From positions 248,001 through 312,000 of the forward strand of contig MU059002.1 in assembly GCA_013265495.1 (NCBI GenBank): a stretch of 64,000 bases of DNA, read 5' to 3'. The translations under genes were made by a program, and so were the position numbers. Positions 1 through 11,208 of the stretch are shown piece by piece; within the stretch, counting starts at the first letter, position 1; each line of letters opens with the position of its first letter. Origin of the DNA: Vicugna vicugna. Taxonomy: Eukaryota. Under the pieces are notes generated by a model. It was not told where the DNA came from. It made no database searches and was given only the letters and a program-made list of their open reading frames with translations.

Positions 1-181
1 GACCTCAGCCTGCCAATATCTGCCTATAGTCTCATCAGAGACCTGTAAACTAAGCCAGAACTGCCCAGCCAAGCCTGCCCGAAATTCCTGATCCAGAGAA
101 ACAGTGAGAGATAATAAAGTATTGTTTAAGCCATTAAGTTTTTGGGTGGTTTGGGTTATGTAATATTAGATAATTAGTGTA
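1..181 (+). mobile_element. MLT1-type (MLT1F/G/H-like) MaLR LTR, 3' portion
   Basis: Typical MLT1 3' end: 'aattcctgatccagagaaacagtgagagataataaagtattgtttaagccattaagtttttggg...gataattagtgta'. Confidence 0.8.
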
Positions 182-289
182 GTTACCTATATTTTAGTCA
201 CTTGAAGACGATGCTCAAACTAGCAACTAAATTCCTGCCCCTCACTTAGTCATATTTGACTGCCATGTGAATCACATGACATCAGCCTA

Positions 290-520
290 TCAAGAAGTGT
301 TCATTGATTACATGCTATATGGCGAGCACTGCTAAGCTGGAGATGCCAAGCTGGGCAGGTTAAGGTCCCTGCTCTCAAGTAGGTCCCGATACAGTTGTGA
401 AGACAACGGCTCTCGATATAATTCAGGAGACAAATAAGAGCATGTGAAAAGTTAACTACATAAGATAGAGATTTAACCAACGATGATTTCAGAGGAAGGC
501 AGTGGATCTTAGGGTTTGCT
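290..520 (-). mobile_element. L2 LINE 3' fragment
   Basis: Degenerate reverse L2 tail: 'cattgattacatgctatatggcgagcactgctaagctggagat...aaggtccctgctctcaag'. Confidence 0.5.
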
Positions 521-590
521 TACCATGAGACATTTTCATGGTAGAGATGGTCAGGGACCCACATACAAACAGGGCCTAAATCTAGAGTAT

Positions 591-777
591 TTGTGGTTCT
601 CAGATGTGACAGTGCATCAGAATCAGCTGGAGAGCTTGTTAAAACTCAGATTTCTAGACCTACGCCCAGAGTCTGATTCAGGCAGTCCAGAATGGGTTCC
701 AAGAATTTGCATTTCTGACAAGTTCCCAGATGATGCTGATGCTACTGGTCCAGGGCCCACTCTTTGAGAAGCCACTT
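591..777 (+). mobile_element. MER5A (hAT-Charlie MITE)
   Basis: 'gtggttctc...gtgcatcagaatcagctggagagcttgttaaaac...agaatttgcatttctgacaagttcccagatgatgctgatgctactggtcc...ctttgagaagccact'. TCTAG, the Charlie target motif, lies on both flanks (581 and 781). Confidence 0.85.
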
Positions 778-788
778 TCCTCTAGGCA

Positions 789-953
789 CCTGCTACTCAA
801 AGTGTGGTCCACACACCAGCAGCATTAGTATCTCCTGGAAGTTTGTTAGAAATGCAGATTCCCAGGCCCCAGCTCATACCTACTGAATCTGAATCAGCAA
901 GTTAACAAGCTCCCTAGATCACTCACTTGTACGTTGAAGTTCAAGAAACTGTG
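789..953 (+). mobile_element. MER5B/MER5A1-like hAT-Charlie MITE, directly adjacent to MER5A
   Basis: 'ctcaaagtgtggtccacacaccagcagcattagtatctcctggaagtttgttagaaatgcagattcccaggcccc...cctactgaatctgaatc...ttaacaagctcc'. Confidence 0.8.
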
Positions 954-1099
954 CTGCAGAGGAAAGGTCATGTTCTCTTCCACAAGCTAGGCAAAAGCTC
1001 TATTTGCTGAGCACATCTGAGGTCAGGCCTGGCTTGTGTATATGAGAGAATTCTTCTCTATGGTCAGCCCATTTTGGTTTCATTGATTTTCTCAGGCAG

Positions 1100-1680
1100 A
1101 CCATTTTTTTTCGCTCATTGATTTTTGCCGCAGCCTGCGTCTGCCTCGTCAGTTCTCTGCAGGTAATTTCAATTCATTTTGATTCATTTCCTCACCAGCT
1201 TGGCATTTCTCCCTTGGCACTAGTCAGTGCAACTAATTGTGCTTGCCTGCGAGTGAGTCAGTATGACACAATTGTGGAAAACTGCAAAAGGTCAAGGGGA
1301 TGCTGCCCCGTGCAGCGGCAGACAGGCCTGGAAGCCTTCTGGAAAGCCAGTCAGTGTGAACTTGGCCTGGCTTGGGAGCCCAGTGATGTGCCTGCTGTTT
1401 GCTAAGTGAGCAGCTGGGGACAAAATGAGCACGTCTGTGGCAATGCTTTGAACACAGCTGAAAAATTCTCTGCTCACTCATGGAGGAATGGGCTGTTTTC
1501 CACTGGTGATTATGAGACAGACGTGGTGACATCAGCTGCTCTAATGTTTGGCCCAAGGAATTTTATCTTGTGCCTTTTGTGCTCACACTAAGGCCGAGCC
1601 GCTCCCACGCACAGAGAAGGCTGCTTGCGTCCGCGTTGTCATGTCCCTACAAGAGGAAAAAAGCCTTGATCCTCGTATCT
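1100..1680. promoter_or_regulatory. Candidate enhancer (unique sequence with a motif cluster)
   Basis: AP-1 site TGAGTCA 1254-1260, NBRE AAAGGTCA 1287-1294 (another at 963-970), NFAT-like TGGAAAA, CAGCTG E-boxes, NFI half-sites, and a local CpG cluster at 1590-1640. Motif-based only. Confidence 0.35.
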
Positions 1681-1821
1681 TCTGATCTCAAATTTTCCTT
1701 TTATCTTCTCTTCTCTGTGGGCTTTCACATTTTATCCCATTGACTGAAATCATGTTAGCTACATTCTTCTGGGAGTAACAAGCTCTCTTTCAAGCTTCCC
1801 GCTCCCCTCCAATTTGGTCCT

Positions 1822-1910
1822 GATGGTTTCCAAACTCACCAAGTTGTGTATATTAAATATGTACAGCTTCTTGTATGTCAATCATATTTCAGTAAAAGCA
1901 GTTTAAAAGA
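1822..1910 (+). mobile_element. Old L1M 3' terminal fragment
   Basis: 'aaactcaccaagttgtgtatattaaatatgtacagcttcttgtatgtcaatcatatttcagtaaaagcagtttaaaa' matches the L1MB/MC 3' end. Confidence 0.65.
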
Positions 1911-2839
1911 TAAAGGCATTTCCCTTCCTCATACAATAGTTATTTAGCAAACACTTGTCTTTAAGTAGACAAAGATCATCTCCTTGAGGAGAGGCACACT
2001 TATTTCCAAAAACAAAAATAGTGTGATGTGTATTAATATATAAATATTGCTGAACTTACACAAGCATTAAGTTCTTAGGCAGAGCTTCCCAAATTTTCTC
2101 TGTTCACAGCACCACAGGCCAAAAAGAAAATATCTAACAGTTTCACTTGTTCAGTAGTCAGAGCCAAACAACTTAATACTTATGTCCTATGAACTTAGTA
2201 GCCATTTAAACAAATACACATAAATCAAAGGAAAAGATTTTTAGATGACCACAGTTACTAACAGGATGTGTGCACCAGCTGAGAACTTCACAACTTCTCA
2301 CGTTTTGAAAGCCGACTGAACACCACCACCCTTCATTTCCCATTCCATATTGATTTTTCTGATCTAATGTTAGAAACTGTAAATGAGCTCTAGCTAGCAT
2401 TTCATACAATGGCAGTTGTTGAATACCTCTGTTTCCCTTCAAAGTGTGAAATATCTTACAGGTGTACCTGTGAGTTTGCTGGGGTGCCCCAGGGAACCAC
2501 AGCCATGAAGTCTTGACGTAAATGTTGCAGAAATATGCAATTCAAATAACCCTGGAGCCCCGTACTGCCCAGTCCCCTCTCATGGCTCAAGTTTAGAGGA
2601 GCACATTCCAGTGAAAAAATATAGTTAAAAATAGGTTTTTTTTCTGATGTGGCTGTGATACATTATCCCATTTAATTCAAATTTTTACTCATTTTAAGAT
2701 TTCTAATATTGCAGAATAAATAATTTTGTTGGTTCACAATTATTTTCATATTTAAATATGAAATCATAAATTTGTGATATACATATAGTAAAAACAACGT
2801 ATCAACACATGTCAGCTTGCTGACTTTTTACAAAGTGCA

Positions 2840-3010
2840 CACTATTGACACTTGGGCTGGATGACTCTCCTTTGTGGGGCTGTCCTGTGCCATGGTGGCT
2901 GTATAGCAGCGTCCCTGGCCTCTACCTTCTAGGTACCAGTAGCATGCCCACCCAAGTCATCATAGTTGAAAGTGTCAGCAGATTTGTTGGCTGGGGCAAA
3001 AGAAGCACTG
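2840..3010 (-). mobile_element. MER20 (hAT-Charlie)
   Basis: 'cactattgacacttgggctggatgactctcctttgtggggctgtcctgtgc...agcagcgtccctggcctctaccttctaggtaccagtagca...ggggcaaaagaagcactg'. Confidence 0.8.
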
Positions 3011-3040
3011 GTCTACACTCAAGTAACTACCATACCACCT

Positions 3041-3189
3041 TAGGGTTGCCAGCTTTTTCAAATACAAATACAAGACACCCAGTTTAATTTGAATTTCAGA
3101 AAAATAACAAATAATTTTTTGGGTATTATTTGTCCCAAATATATAGCTGGGTTTCCTGTATTTTTTTTTTTTTAAATCTGGCAAACCTA
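3041..3189 (+). mobile_element. MER53 palindromic hAT MITE with an internal deletion
   Basis: Terminal inverted repeats TAGGGTTGCCAG (3041) and CTGGCAAACCTA (3189); 'caagacacccagtttaatttgaatttcagaaaaataacaaataatttttt...gtcccaaata'. The right arm is shortened. Confidence 0.85.
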
Positions 3190-3339
3190 CATCCCCCCAG
3201 ATTAAGATACGGAACATTTCCAGAACCCCAGAAGGCATGTTCCATGCTCCTTCTCAGTCAATACCTACCCTAAAGGCAAGCATTATTTCGAATGAAATCC
3301 ATTTTTACGTTCTCGTGAGATGCACAGCAGCACTTCTCA

Positions 3340-3960
3340 ACAACGCCTTCATTAGTCCCCAATTTTCCTCTCCCTCAACAGTCTCAAAAGCGTCACACCT
3401 GCTCATGTTGAAGGCTCTCCCAGGCCCAGCCCCTGTACATTGCAGGTTCCCTCCCCCTCCTCTCTGTCTGTCACCTGCCACCCTCACCCGGGGCCGGATT
3501 CTCGTCACCACTCAAGCGAGAACTCGGCTGACAGACAGACCTCTCTGTCGGGAAGAGGGGCTTGGAGGGCATATTTAGGAGAAGACGAAGACCGGCATCC
3601 TCACGAGTTCACGCAGTGGCTACTGGGGCTGGCATTACCTCTGGAACCTTCTTAGGTTCCTCCTCCCTCAGCCCCATTTGGCCCTTGCCCTTGCGTCTGG
3701 CCGCGGGAGGAGACCGCAGGGCAAGACCTTGTGTGCCTCATTCTGGGTCTGGGAAGAAGCTACGCGCCTCCTCCTTGGCTTCTGCCTACCACACTCCTTT
3801 TTGGATGTTTGCTCACACACTGGATTATTACGTTTTTCTTAACACGTAAGTATCGCGTCAGCCAAATTTTACAGTGGATTAATGGAGCAATTTCGGTAGA
3901 GTTGAATTTGCAGAAATTAAGTGAATGCTGGTGGGAGTTGCTGTCATGAACAAGGTAAGA
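3340..3960 (+). promoter_or_regulatory. CpG-enriched promoter/first-exon-like segment with two strong 5' splice sites
   Basis: About 20 CpGs by eye in ~560 bp against a CpG-depleted background. Donors CAC|GTAAGT (3845/3846) and AAG|GTAAGA (3954/3955). Confidence 0.4.
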
Positions 3961-4148
3961 TTTTGACACTAAGAAGTGAGCCATAACCTTTGCTGGGTGG
4001 ATGTGCGTTAGGGAAGTTTCTAGAAAAGGTAATGCTTGAAGGCAGATTTTGAACTCAGAATTTGCGAAGTGGTTGTGACTGAAGAAGTGTGTACTAAGTT
4101 GAATTATATTTCTGAGGAGAGGTAAATATTTCAATGTGGTTCTGTAAT

Positions 4149-4234
4149 GGGACGAAGGTGGGGTGGGGTTGTCCTGGGTAGAAACCGTGGGTTTTGGGGT
4201 TAGGGTGGGGATACGGATGGAGTGAGGGTGGGGG
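4149..4234 (+). other. G-quadruplex-forming G-run cluster
   Basis: Ten runs of at least 3 G. Canonical core GGG-TTTT-GGGG-TTA-GGG-T-GGGG at 4189-4210. Confidence 0.65.
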
Positions 4235-4238
4235 CTTC

Positions 4239-4720
4239 CGTTACTTACCGAATGCAAGTTTGTGTGTGCCGCATGCACAGTGAGGCCAAATAAACTGAAA
4301 TTTCGGCGTTTGGAGCAGGGAAAGGTTTACCGCAGGGCTGAGCAAGGAGAGTGAGTGGCCCGTGCCCACAAAACTCCAGCCTCCCTGAAGGGTTTCAGCT
4401 GAGCCTTTTAAAAGTCCAGGTAAGGTAGGGGCATCCAAGGGTACATGATCAGGTGTGCGCAATTCTTGGACTGGTTAATGGTGATCAATGGTTGATGGTT
4501 ATCAATCCTTAGGTGCCAGAAGGTCTGGGGGCTCCGTGCTCTACATGCTCATGGTCGTCAAGCAGTTAATGTCTTCCATTTGGTGGTGGTTTTTAGCATA
4601 TGGAAAAACTGAGGAAATATGCATGAGATACTATGATCTGGTTGCCTCAGAGAGGAGCTACAGCAGAGGACATGGGGGGAGGGTTCTGAGGAACGCCCGG
4701 TAGGGTTCTGCTGAGCTACA
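4239..4720 (-). mobile_element. ERV1-type solo LTR (cetartiodactyl family)
   Basis: Starts TGTAGC and ends GTAAC(G) on the minus strand. Flanked by CTTC (4235-4238 and 4721-4724), consistent with a 4-bp ERV1 TSD. Sequence 'ttaccgaatgcaagtttgtgtgtgcc...cagtgaggccaaa...tttggagcagggaaagg...agaggagctacagcagagga' resembles LTRs I recall from whale/camel genomes. Confidence 0.8.
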
Positions 4721-7092
4721 CTTCCACGTTTTCTCTGGGTCTCAGAGAACCAACAGAACCTGGTTAAGTTTTCATTTTAGACAGCAGCTTTGTCGACGTG
4801 GAGAAGAGGGAAGGGTCAGTTAGGAGACTTATAACATGTCAAAGGAGCAGTCATTCACCTCTAAGTATGAATTTACGTACACCCATTATTTCCTTCCAAA
4901 GCTCTAATTGGCACTGGCAGTGAGAAGATGGGAGTTTTACTGAGGCAGTGAGATGACAGCAGGACATTCTGAGGCAGTGGGCACTGCCAGGGAGTTCAGG
5001 CTTAGTGGAGGGGGTGTGTCTCACCGCAGAGGGGCCAATTTTGGCACCTTTTAGCCACTGAACACATGAAGTTGGGACAGGGAGGCAGGGGTGGGATTAA
5101 AGAAAGGGTGGAAAGGACAAAAATGGCCCATGTCACAAATTAGCCTGGGGTTGGGGGCAGCCACACTGATGGGTAATGCCAATACGGGATTGTTCAGTAC
5201 TCTCAGGCTCCAGAGTTACACAGGTATGACATCTCCTGAACATTTGTTCTTGTTCTTATTCTTAGCGTGTCTGGGAATGAGTCTGAGATTAGGAGAACAA
5301 ATAGTTTGGAGATTAAGTAATCAAGCCTTCTGTTGTGGCGGTCCCCTATGGTGCCTCATTTGATTAGTTTCGAAGAAGCAAGAGACAGTAGTTTACAATC
5401 ATGGAGCTGCTCTCCCAGAAAGGCCTGAGTTCCTGGGAGGGAAAAATGAGCTAGCAGGTTGGAGAGGTCACAAGGGAAGTTACCCCACAGCATGNNNNNN
5501 NNNNNNNNNNNNNNNNNNNNNNNNNNNNNNNNNNNNNNNNNNNNNNNNNNNNNNNNNNNNNNNNNNNNNNNNNNNNNNNNNNNNNNNNNNNNNNNNNNNN
5601 NNNNNNNNNNNNNNNNNNNNNNNNNNNNNNNNNNCTGTTCTTACAATAAGCTAATAACTTATTTTGTGGTTTACTGCGTTAAGATATTATGGAACACGAC
5701 CAACACTTAGTCCCTCTCTCTCTCAAGAATGAACTTCTTAGTGTGGCACATTGACCGAGAAAAAATTTTAAGTCTCTCTCACATAACATACTGTTAACAG
5801 GCTCTGAGGTGACACAGGTAGGGGAAAAGCTTTCTGTCACTCCCCTAGGCCTTCCTCTCCCCCGGTAAACCTGCAAGCACTCATTTGCCTCCCATGTGCC
5901 ACACGTTACAAAAGACTTCCTGGCTCAGTTGATTCTGTTTATGATCTCCAAATCTTAATTTCAAATGAAGCTTGCTCCTTTTCAGGAAAGAATTATCTTC
6001 TGTGCAATAAACCAGAGTCCCCCGAGGCATGCATTTGAGATGCATCAATTCCCTTAAGGTCTCCTAACCCATTAAAATGTGTACAGTGTTTCTGGTTAAC
6101 TAATGGATCATTGGAAAAATGAGATTGCATGCAAGATATAATTCAAAGAAATGAACTTGGGGTTGTTGGCCAATCCATTCATAGGAACATTTGCTGATTG
6201 GGAAAATATTTTATTTTTGGGGCCTAATCCCTTGCCAGACCACACAAACTAGTGAAGGTCATTATTTTTGATTTGTTGGACCTAATTCTGAAGACAGAGC
6301 AGCAATGGAATTTGTGATTTCTGTTACTGCTCCTGATTAAGAAATGACGGGCTGGCATTTAAACTCAGTTGGATCCACACAGTCGGTGGATATTATGGTT
6401 TTTTTTCCTTCCTTGTTGAGTGCAAGCTATTGCTAGATGTTATCTTACATTCACTCCTGTCTTCTGAAGAGCCAAACATTTTGGAAATATAATATTTATG
6501 AAATTGGATATTAAAATGGCAAGTGGTTTAAAGCTGAGTAATGGGTGTTGAAAGATCCCAGCACATGCACTCACAGTAATTTTACATTTTTCATTACTGA
6601 GGTAATTAAAAAATTCCTTAGGGCTGAATTATAGTAAAATTTTATGTATCTTTCTACTAAGCATAAACTAATTTTCTTTCCCACTGGACAGCGTTAATTT
6701 AAGTCGGAAATATTTTTAATCCTATCTCATTTATTCATATTATGAAAAATTGCAAGCCTTACTAATTTTATTCAACATCATTTCTTTCTAAATATTCTTA
6801 GATTCAGTAACTGATATGCATTTAGTATTAAAGTTTAAGCAGAAATGAAAGATGGAATTTTTTTGTCTCACCAGTGACCTCTCCTAGTTCATTTCTAACT
6901 CTTGGGTGTTCCCAGAAAAGTCACAGGGTCTGAGCACTTCATAACTAGTCCATAAAAGTCATGAAAATGTTCCCATAAATTTTTCTTTTAACTGTGAGAT
7001 TGAGGAATATATGAAATGGTATGTGATTTTGGACAAGTCCTTAATTTATTTATCCATAAAAGGAATTTAATAAGCTATATTCTCTCCCTTAC

Positions 7093-7207
7093 CTAATTCT
7101 TCAAGCAGCAAGTGAAATGCTCAGCAAAGCCCTTTGACTCTTTCAAGCCACAGGGTACCATTTTGTTTCTTTCAGTCCCAGTGATATTCACTTTAGGGTT
7201 CACTTTT
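7093..7207 (-). other. Candidate exon (115 nt; one frame open to a terminal TAG)
   Basis: Acceptor ttcacttctctatttccctaagcatcag| and donor TAG|gtaagg. Reads KVNPKVNITGTERNKMVPCGLKESKGFAEHFTCCLKN*. May be a pseudo-exon. Confidence 0.2.
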
Positions 7208-9109
7208 CTGATGCTTAGGGAAATAGAGAAGTGAATGTAGCATACAAGAAGTGGAACAGAATCAAATTAAAAGTCATCACATCTAGAAATGACAAGAAGG
7301 AACTGAGGGTATTAACTCATGGAGCAATAATATTCTGTTGTGGCTTATCCATTTGGAAGTTGTGCCCAAGAGAAATGCAATGACAGAGATAGGGAAGAGG
7401 GAGGGTGGAGAGAAAACACTCTACCTAGCGCCTGGGCTGAATCCATGTGGAGCCCTGAGACCTGGGAGAAGCTTTGTGCTTCATGTGCCAGGGATGCCTT
7501 GGCCAGCAGGGAATAGAACATTCATCGCCATCTGAGGAGGAGAAGGAGGGAGAACTGCCATTTCTTGTAAGCCTCCCCTGTGCAAGGTGCCCTGCCAGTT
7601 CTGGCTGTTATGGGCCAAGCGTCACGAGCGTTACCTCCTATGACCCTTACAGCCACTTGCACTACAACAGATAAGGAAATAGAAAATTCTGACTAGGTCA
7701 CTTGGCTCAGTTCCTATTGCTCATAGGTTTAAAGTGCAACTTTGAATGGGGGGGCCCATTCCCTTGCTTTTTCCCCAATGTGTCATTGTGCCCTTAGAGA
7801 TTCTCTGTGGGTACACATTTCCTGTCCATTCCACTCCTCTCACCCAATAACTATCCCAGGGGTTTTCAAAACTAGCTCTGCAGGAGAATGTAATATGCAG
7901 ATGTCAGGGCGTTTGCCCAGACCTATTCAACAGTAACCTTCTCAAGTGGAGATGCGTGGATAATGACTGGTTTATACAAGATGTTATTTGCATTTTACTT
8001 AAGGGGCCCTTCATTCTATTCAATTCAATTAATGTATAGGGAGGATTATTATGGGCCTAACTTTGGATCCTTGAGATTAAAAACACACTGTCTTTAAGGT
8101 CTTTAAGGTTTGTGGTCATCTAAATCTTCGGGATAGGAACAAAGATAGATGATGAAGTTTTAGATCTCACAACTAGCAAGTGGAAGAGATCATTTAAAGC
8201 AGAGATCTCGCTGAAACCATTCCAATTTTTATTGGGTGAACCCCTCCACGTGCCTGCTCTCAAAATCACAAACCATGACCTGCTTAAATCAGCCCTGAAA
8301 ATCCCAGGGTCAAAACATTTCCACACCAATACATGCTCCTTTTCCCCATTAGAGGTGATCTTTTGGGCTACTTTTATGCATACCTGATGTGATAACGAGT
8401 TGAAAAATAAAGCATCATAACACTCCTTTTTATGGAGGTGGCAGCAAATATAGCAGAGACTGGACAGTCCTTCTGGCAGCCACCTAATCTACCTCAGAAA
8501 AATGGGAGGTGTTTCTGTTTCAGTTTTTACTCATCTGTAAAGATCAGGTGTGTTCTAATCTTTAGGAAGTGATCAGCCTTCTTGGAGTCTTTTTTTTTTT
8601 TTTAACCATTCCTGGCTTGTCTAAGTTCTTGGCAGTAGATGTCACGTAGGAACGAGGTTCATAAGATTAGCTAGGAATTCTGCTTTTGTCCCTGGCACGT
8701 ACTCTGCTCAACACCCTTTGCTCTGCACTTCCCTGTAACCCTAAAGTTGGCTCCAGCCTTCTTATGCCCAGTTAAGGGTGTAATTACCCTAATATTACCC
8801 TACTATCAGTGTATGCATGACAGCATAGACCATAGCATGTTGTGCAAAACATTAAAGTTTGTGTGTTTTTCAAATGATGGTCTCTAGATGCAAATGACAG
8901 AGTATATTGGTTACTATTTCCATATTGATCCTCTCAAATAGAACCACTTTAGGAAAGCAGAGCTGAATCTCTGAATCTGAATCTCTGCTGTTCATTCACC
9001 TGCACTATTTAACTCCAGCTGAGATGTTGTGCTTCTCACCTCAGCTTACTTTTGCAGACAGTCTGTTCCTCCTTTCTTCAGAAACAGCATTTGTGCAGCT
9101 GGGACGCAG

Positions 9110-9245
9110 TGTCATACAGTTTATCTGTTTGCATGCCTGTGTCCTCCTCTAGACCATGAAATCCCCAGCAGCAGGAGCTAAGCTAATTCATGTTTGTGTC
9201 ACCTCCGGCACAGAGTAGGTCTTTTGTAAATTAAGTTAATGAAAA
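9110..9245 (+). mobile_element. L2 3' end fragment
   Basis: 'tgcatgcctgtgtcctcctctagaccatgaaatcccc...ggcacagagtaggtcttttgtaaattaagttaatgaa'. Confidence 0.55.
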
Positions 9246-9317
9246 CAAAAATGCTTAAGTTGATACAATGACTAGGTGTTTCCTTAATCAGACTTTTAAT
9301 TTCCTTCTCTTACTTAC

Positions 9318-9338
9318 CTTTTCTCTTTCAGGTTGAAC
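9318..9338 (-). other. Candidate 21-nt micro-exon
   Basis: tattttttttttattacataagtcacacag|GTTCAACCTGAAAGAGAAAAG|gtaagt: perfect donor and frame-preserving length. Confidence 0.3.
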
Positions 9339-11177
9339 CTGTGTGACTTATGTAATAAAAAAAAAATACTTAAATAAAAATAAAGGTGTTCCTGTTTAAT
9401 TCTCAGAAAGCATTTCCACTGCTAACTTTTAAAAAAATGATCTAGGCAAAACATAAATCAGTCTTGTGGGCATGTTTTACAAATGTTTATATTATTTGTT
9501 GAAGTACATCTGACCGTGCATAAGCACGAGGGCCTCTCCGATGGAAGAAATAGACTCTGTGCCTGCCAAAGGGTTTCAACCTGTTACCCATTCCTTTTTG
9601 GCTTTTCTTTCCAACCTTCCTATTCCATCACTTTAAAATGACCAGCATGGCCCTAACTCTATAAACAGAAATTATTGAATGCTAATAATTTCTGGTAAGC
9701 AATTTAGGNNNNNNNNNNNNNNNNNNNNNNNNNNNNNNNNNNNNNNNNNNNNNNNNNNNNNNNNNNNNNNNNNNNNNNNNNNNNNNNNNNNNNNNNNNNN
9801 NNNNNNNNNNNNNNNNNNNNNNNNNNNNNNNNNNNNNNNNNNNNNNNNNNNNNNNNNNNNNNNNNNNNNNNNNNNNNNNNNNNNNNNNNNNNNNNNNNNN
9901 NNNNNNNNNNNNNNNNNNNNNNNNNNNNNNNNNNNNNNNNNNNNNNNNNNNNNNNNNNNNNNNNNNNNNNNNNNNNNNNNNNNNNNNNNNNNNNNNNNNN
10001 NNNNNNNNNNNNNNNNNNNNNNNNNNNNNNNNNNNNNNNNNNNNNNNNNNNNNNNNNNNNNNNNNNNNNNNNNNNNNNNNNNNNNNNNNNNNNNNNNNNN
10101 NNNNNNNNNNNNNNNNNNNNNCTCGCAGGGAAACGACTTTGCTATTTGCTGAATAAAGACTGTATTATATGTGGCTGAAGGAAGGTGCAAATGATTATCC
10201 TAGGGAGGCTCACAGCGAACCTACTTTTGAAAGCCTAAATATTAGTTAGAAGATTTTTTGTTTTGTTTTGTTTATTTGTTTTAGGTGCAGAGGGTTTGAG
10301 TGTTGTGGCTCTGCAGGGAGAGAACGGTCCAGTTGGCTTGTTTTTGAAAGCACCTTTCCCCCGAGTTAAAAAGAAGTAAATTGTCTCAAGGAAATGCTCA
10401 CAAATCTCTCAGGCAAAAATCCAGGAAGTGACTCTTTCAAAGATGAGATTAAAAAGCAAAGTCGAGCACATCAGGGCACTGGTTTGTTTCCCATTTGGTT
10501 CTGCTGCGTATACATCTGGGGCTTCCCTCCCCTTTCCTAATTGCATTTTACAATTCTATTTCTACTCACTTCTGAATTATTTTCTTTATAGACCATCCCC
10601 AGAAGTNNNNNNNNNNNNNNNNNNNNNNNNNNNNNNNNNNNNNNNNNNNNNNNNNNNNNNNNNNNNNNNNNNNNNNNNNNNNNNNNNNNNNNNNNNNNNN
10701 NNNNNNNNNNNNNNNNNNNNNNNNNNNNNNNNNNNNNNNNNNNNNGTCTGAGCTCCCGTTAACAAGTGACTTTTTTAAAGAGGGAGAACAGCAGTTTAGC
10801 TGCACTGGATGAGTCCTATGCCCTTACTGCCTTCAAGTCCTAAAAACTGTCCCCTAATCCCACCCTCCCTCATTACTGGGTCACTCTCTTTCAGTGCCCT
10901 TGGGAACAAATCCAAAATGAGACGGTGGGATGCAGATTGGCATTGCTATAAGACAGTAAGATATAAGCTGTATTGACATAGAGAAACCCCACACAGGGAA
11001 AAATAGCTCCAAATTTATTCATGATAGAAATCTTTACCAGTGCGTTCATATGCTTTCAATTTGAGATCAAAATTATTCTCAGTTTTGATACACCAGTTTC
11101 TCTTCCCTTGTGAACTGCAGAGTTACTCCCCTATTTGCACAGATTAAAAAAACGAGGCTTCTCTCAGGACTGAGAAG

Positions 11178-11208
11178 GTTTTTGTTTTGTTTTGTTTTGT
11201 TTTGTTTT
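11178..11208 (+). repeat. (GTTTT)n simple repeat
   Basis: Directly visible pentamer array. Confidence 0.9.

Larger units (their letters stand above)
2690..3300 (-). mobile_element. L1ME-type 3' UTR fragment, interrupted by MER20 and MER53
   Basis: 'ttttacaaagtgcacac' ... 'ccccagattaagatacggaacatttccagaaccccagaaggc...cttctcagtcaatacc' are collinear pieces of an old L1 3' UTR. Confidence 0.55.

Noticed and set aside
3041-3189. MER53 as a miR-1302-type hairpin precursor
   Set aside because: Most of the right arm is deleted, so the long fold-back is broken.
4196-4205. Telomere-like GGGTTAGGG
   Set aside because: A single unit within a G-rich tract, not an interstitial telomeric array.
9672-10805. 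Long ORFs containing X runs (also 5459, 11954, 23260, 26243)
   Set aside because: Artefacts of translating through N blocks.
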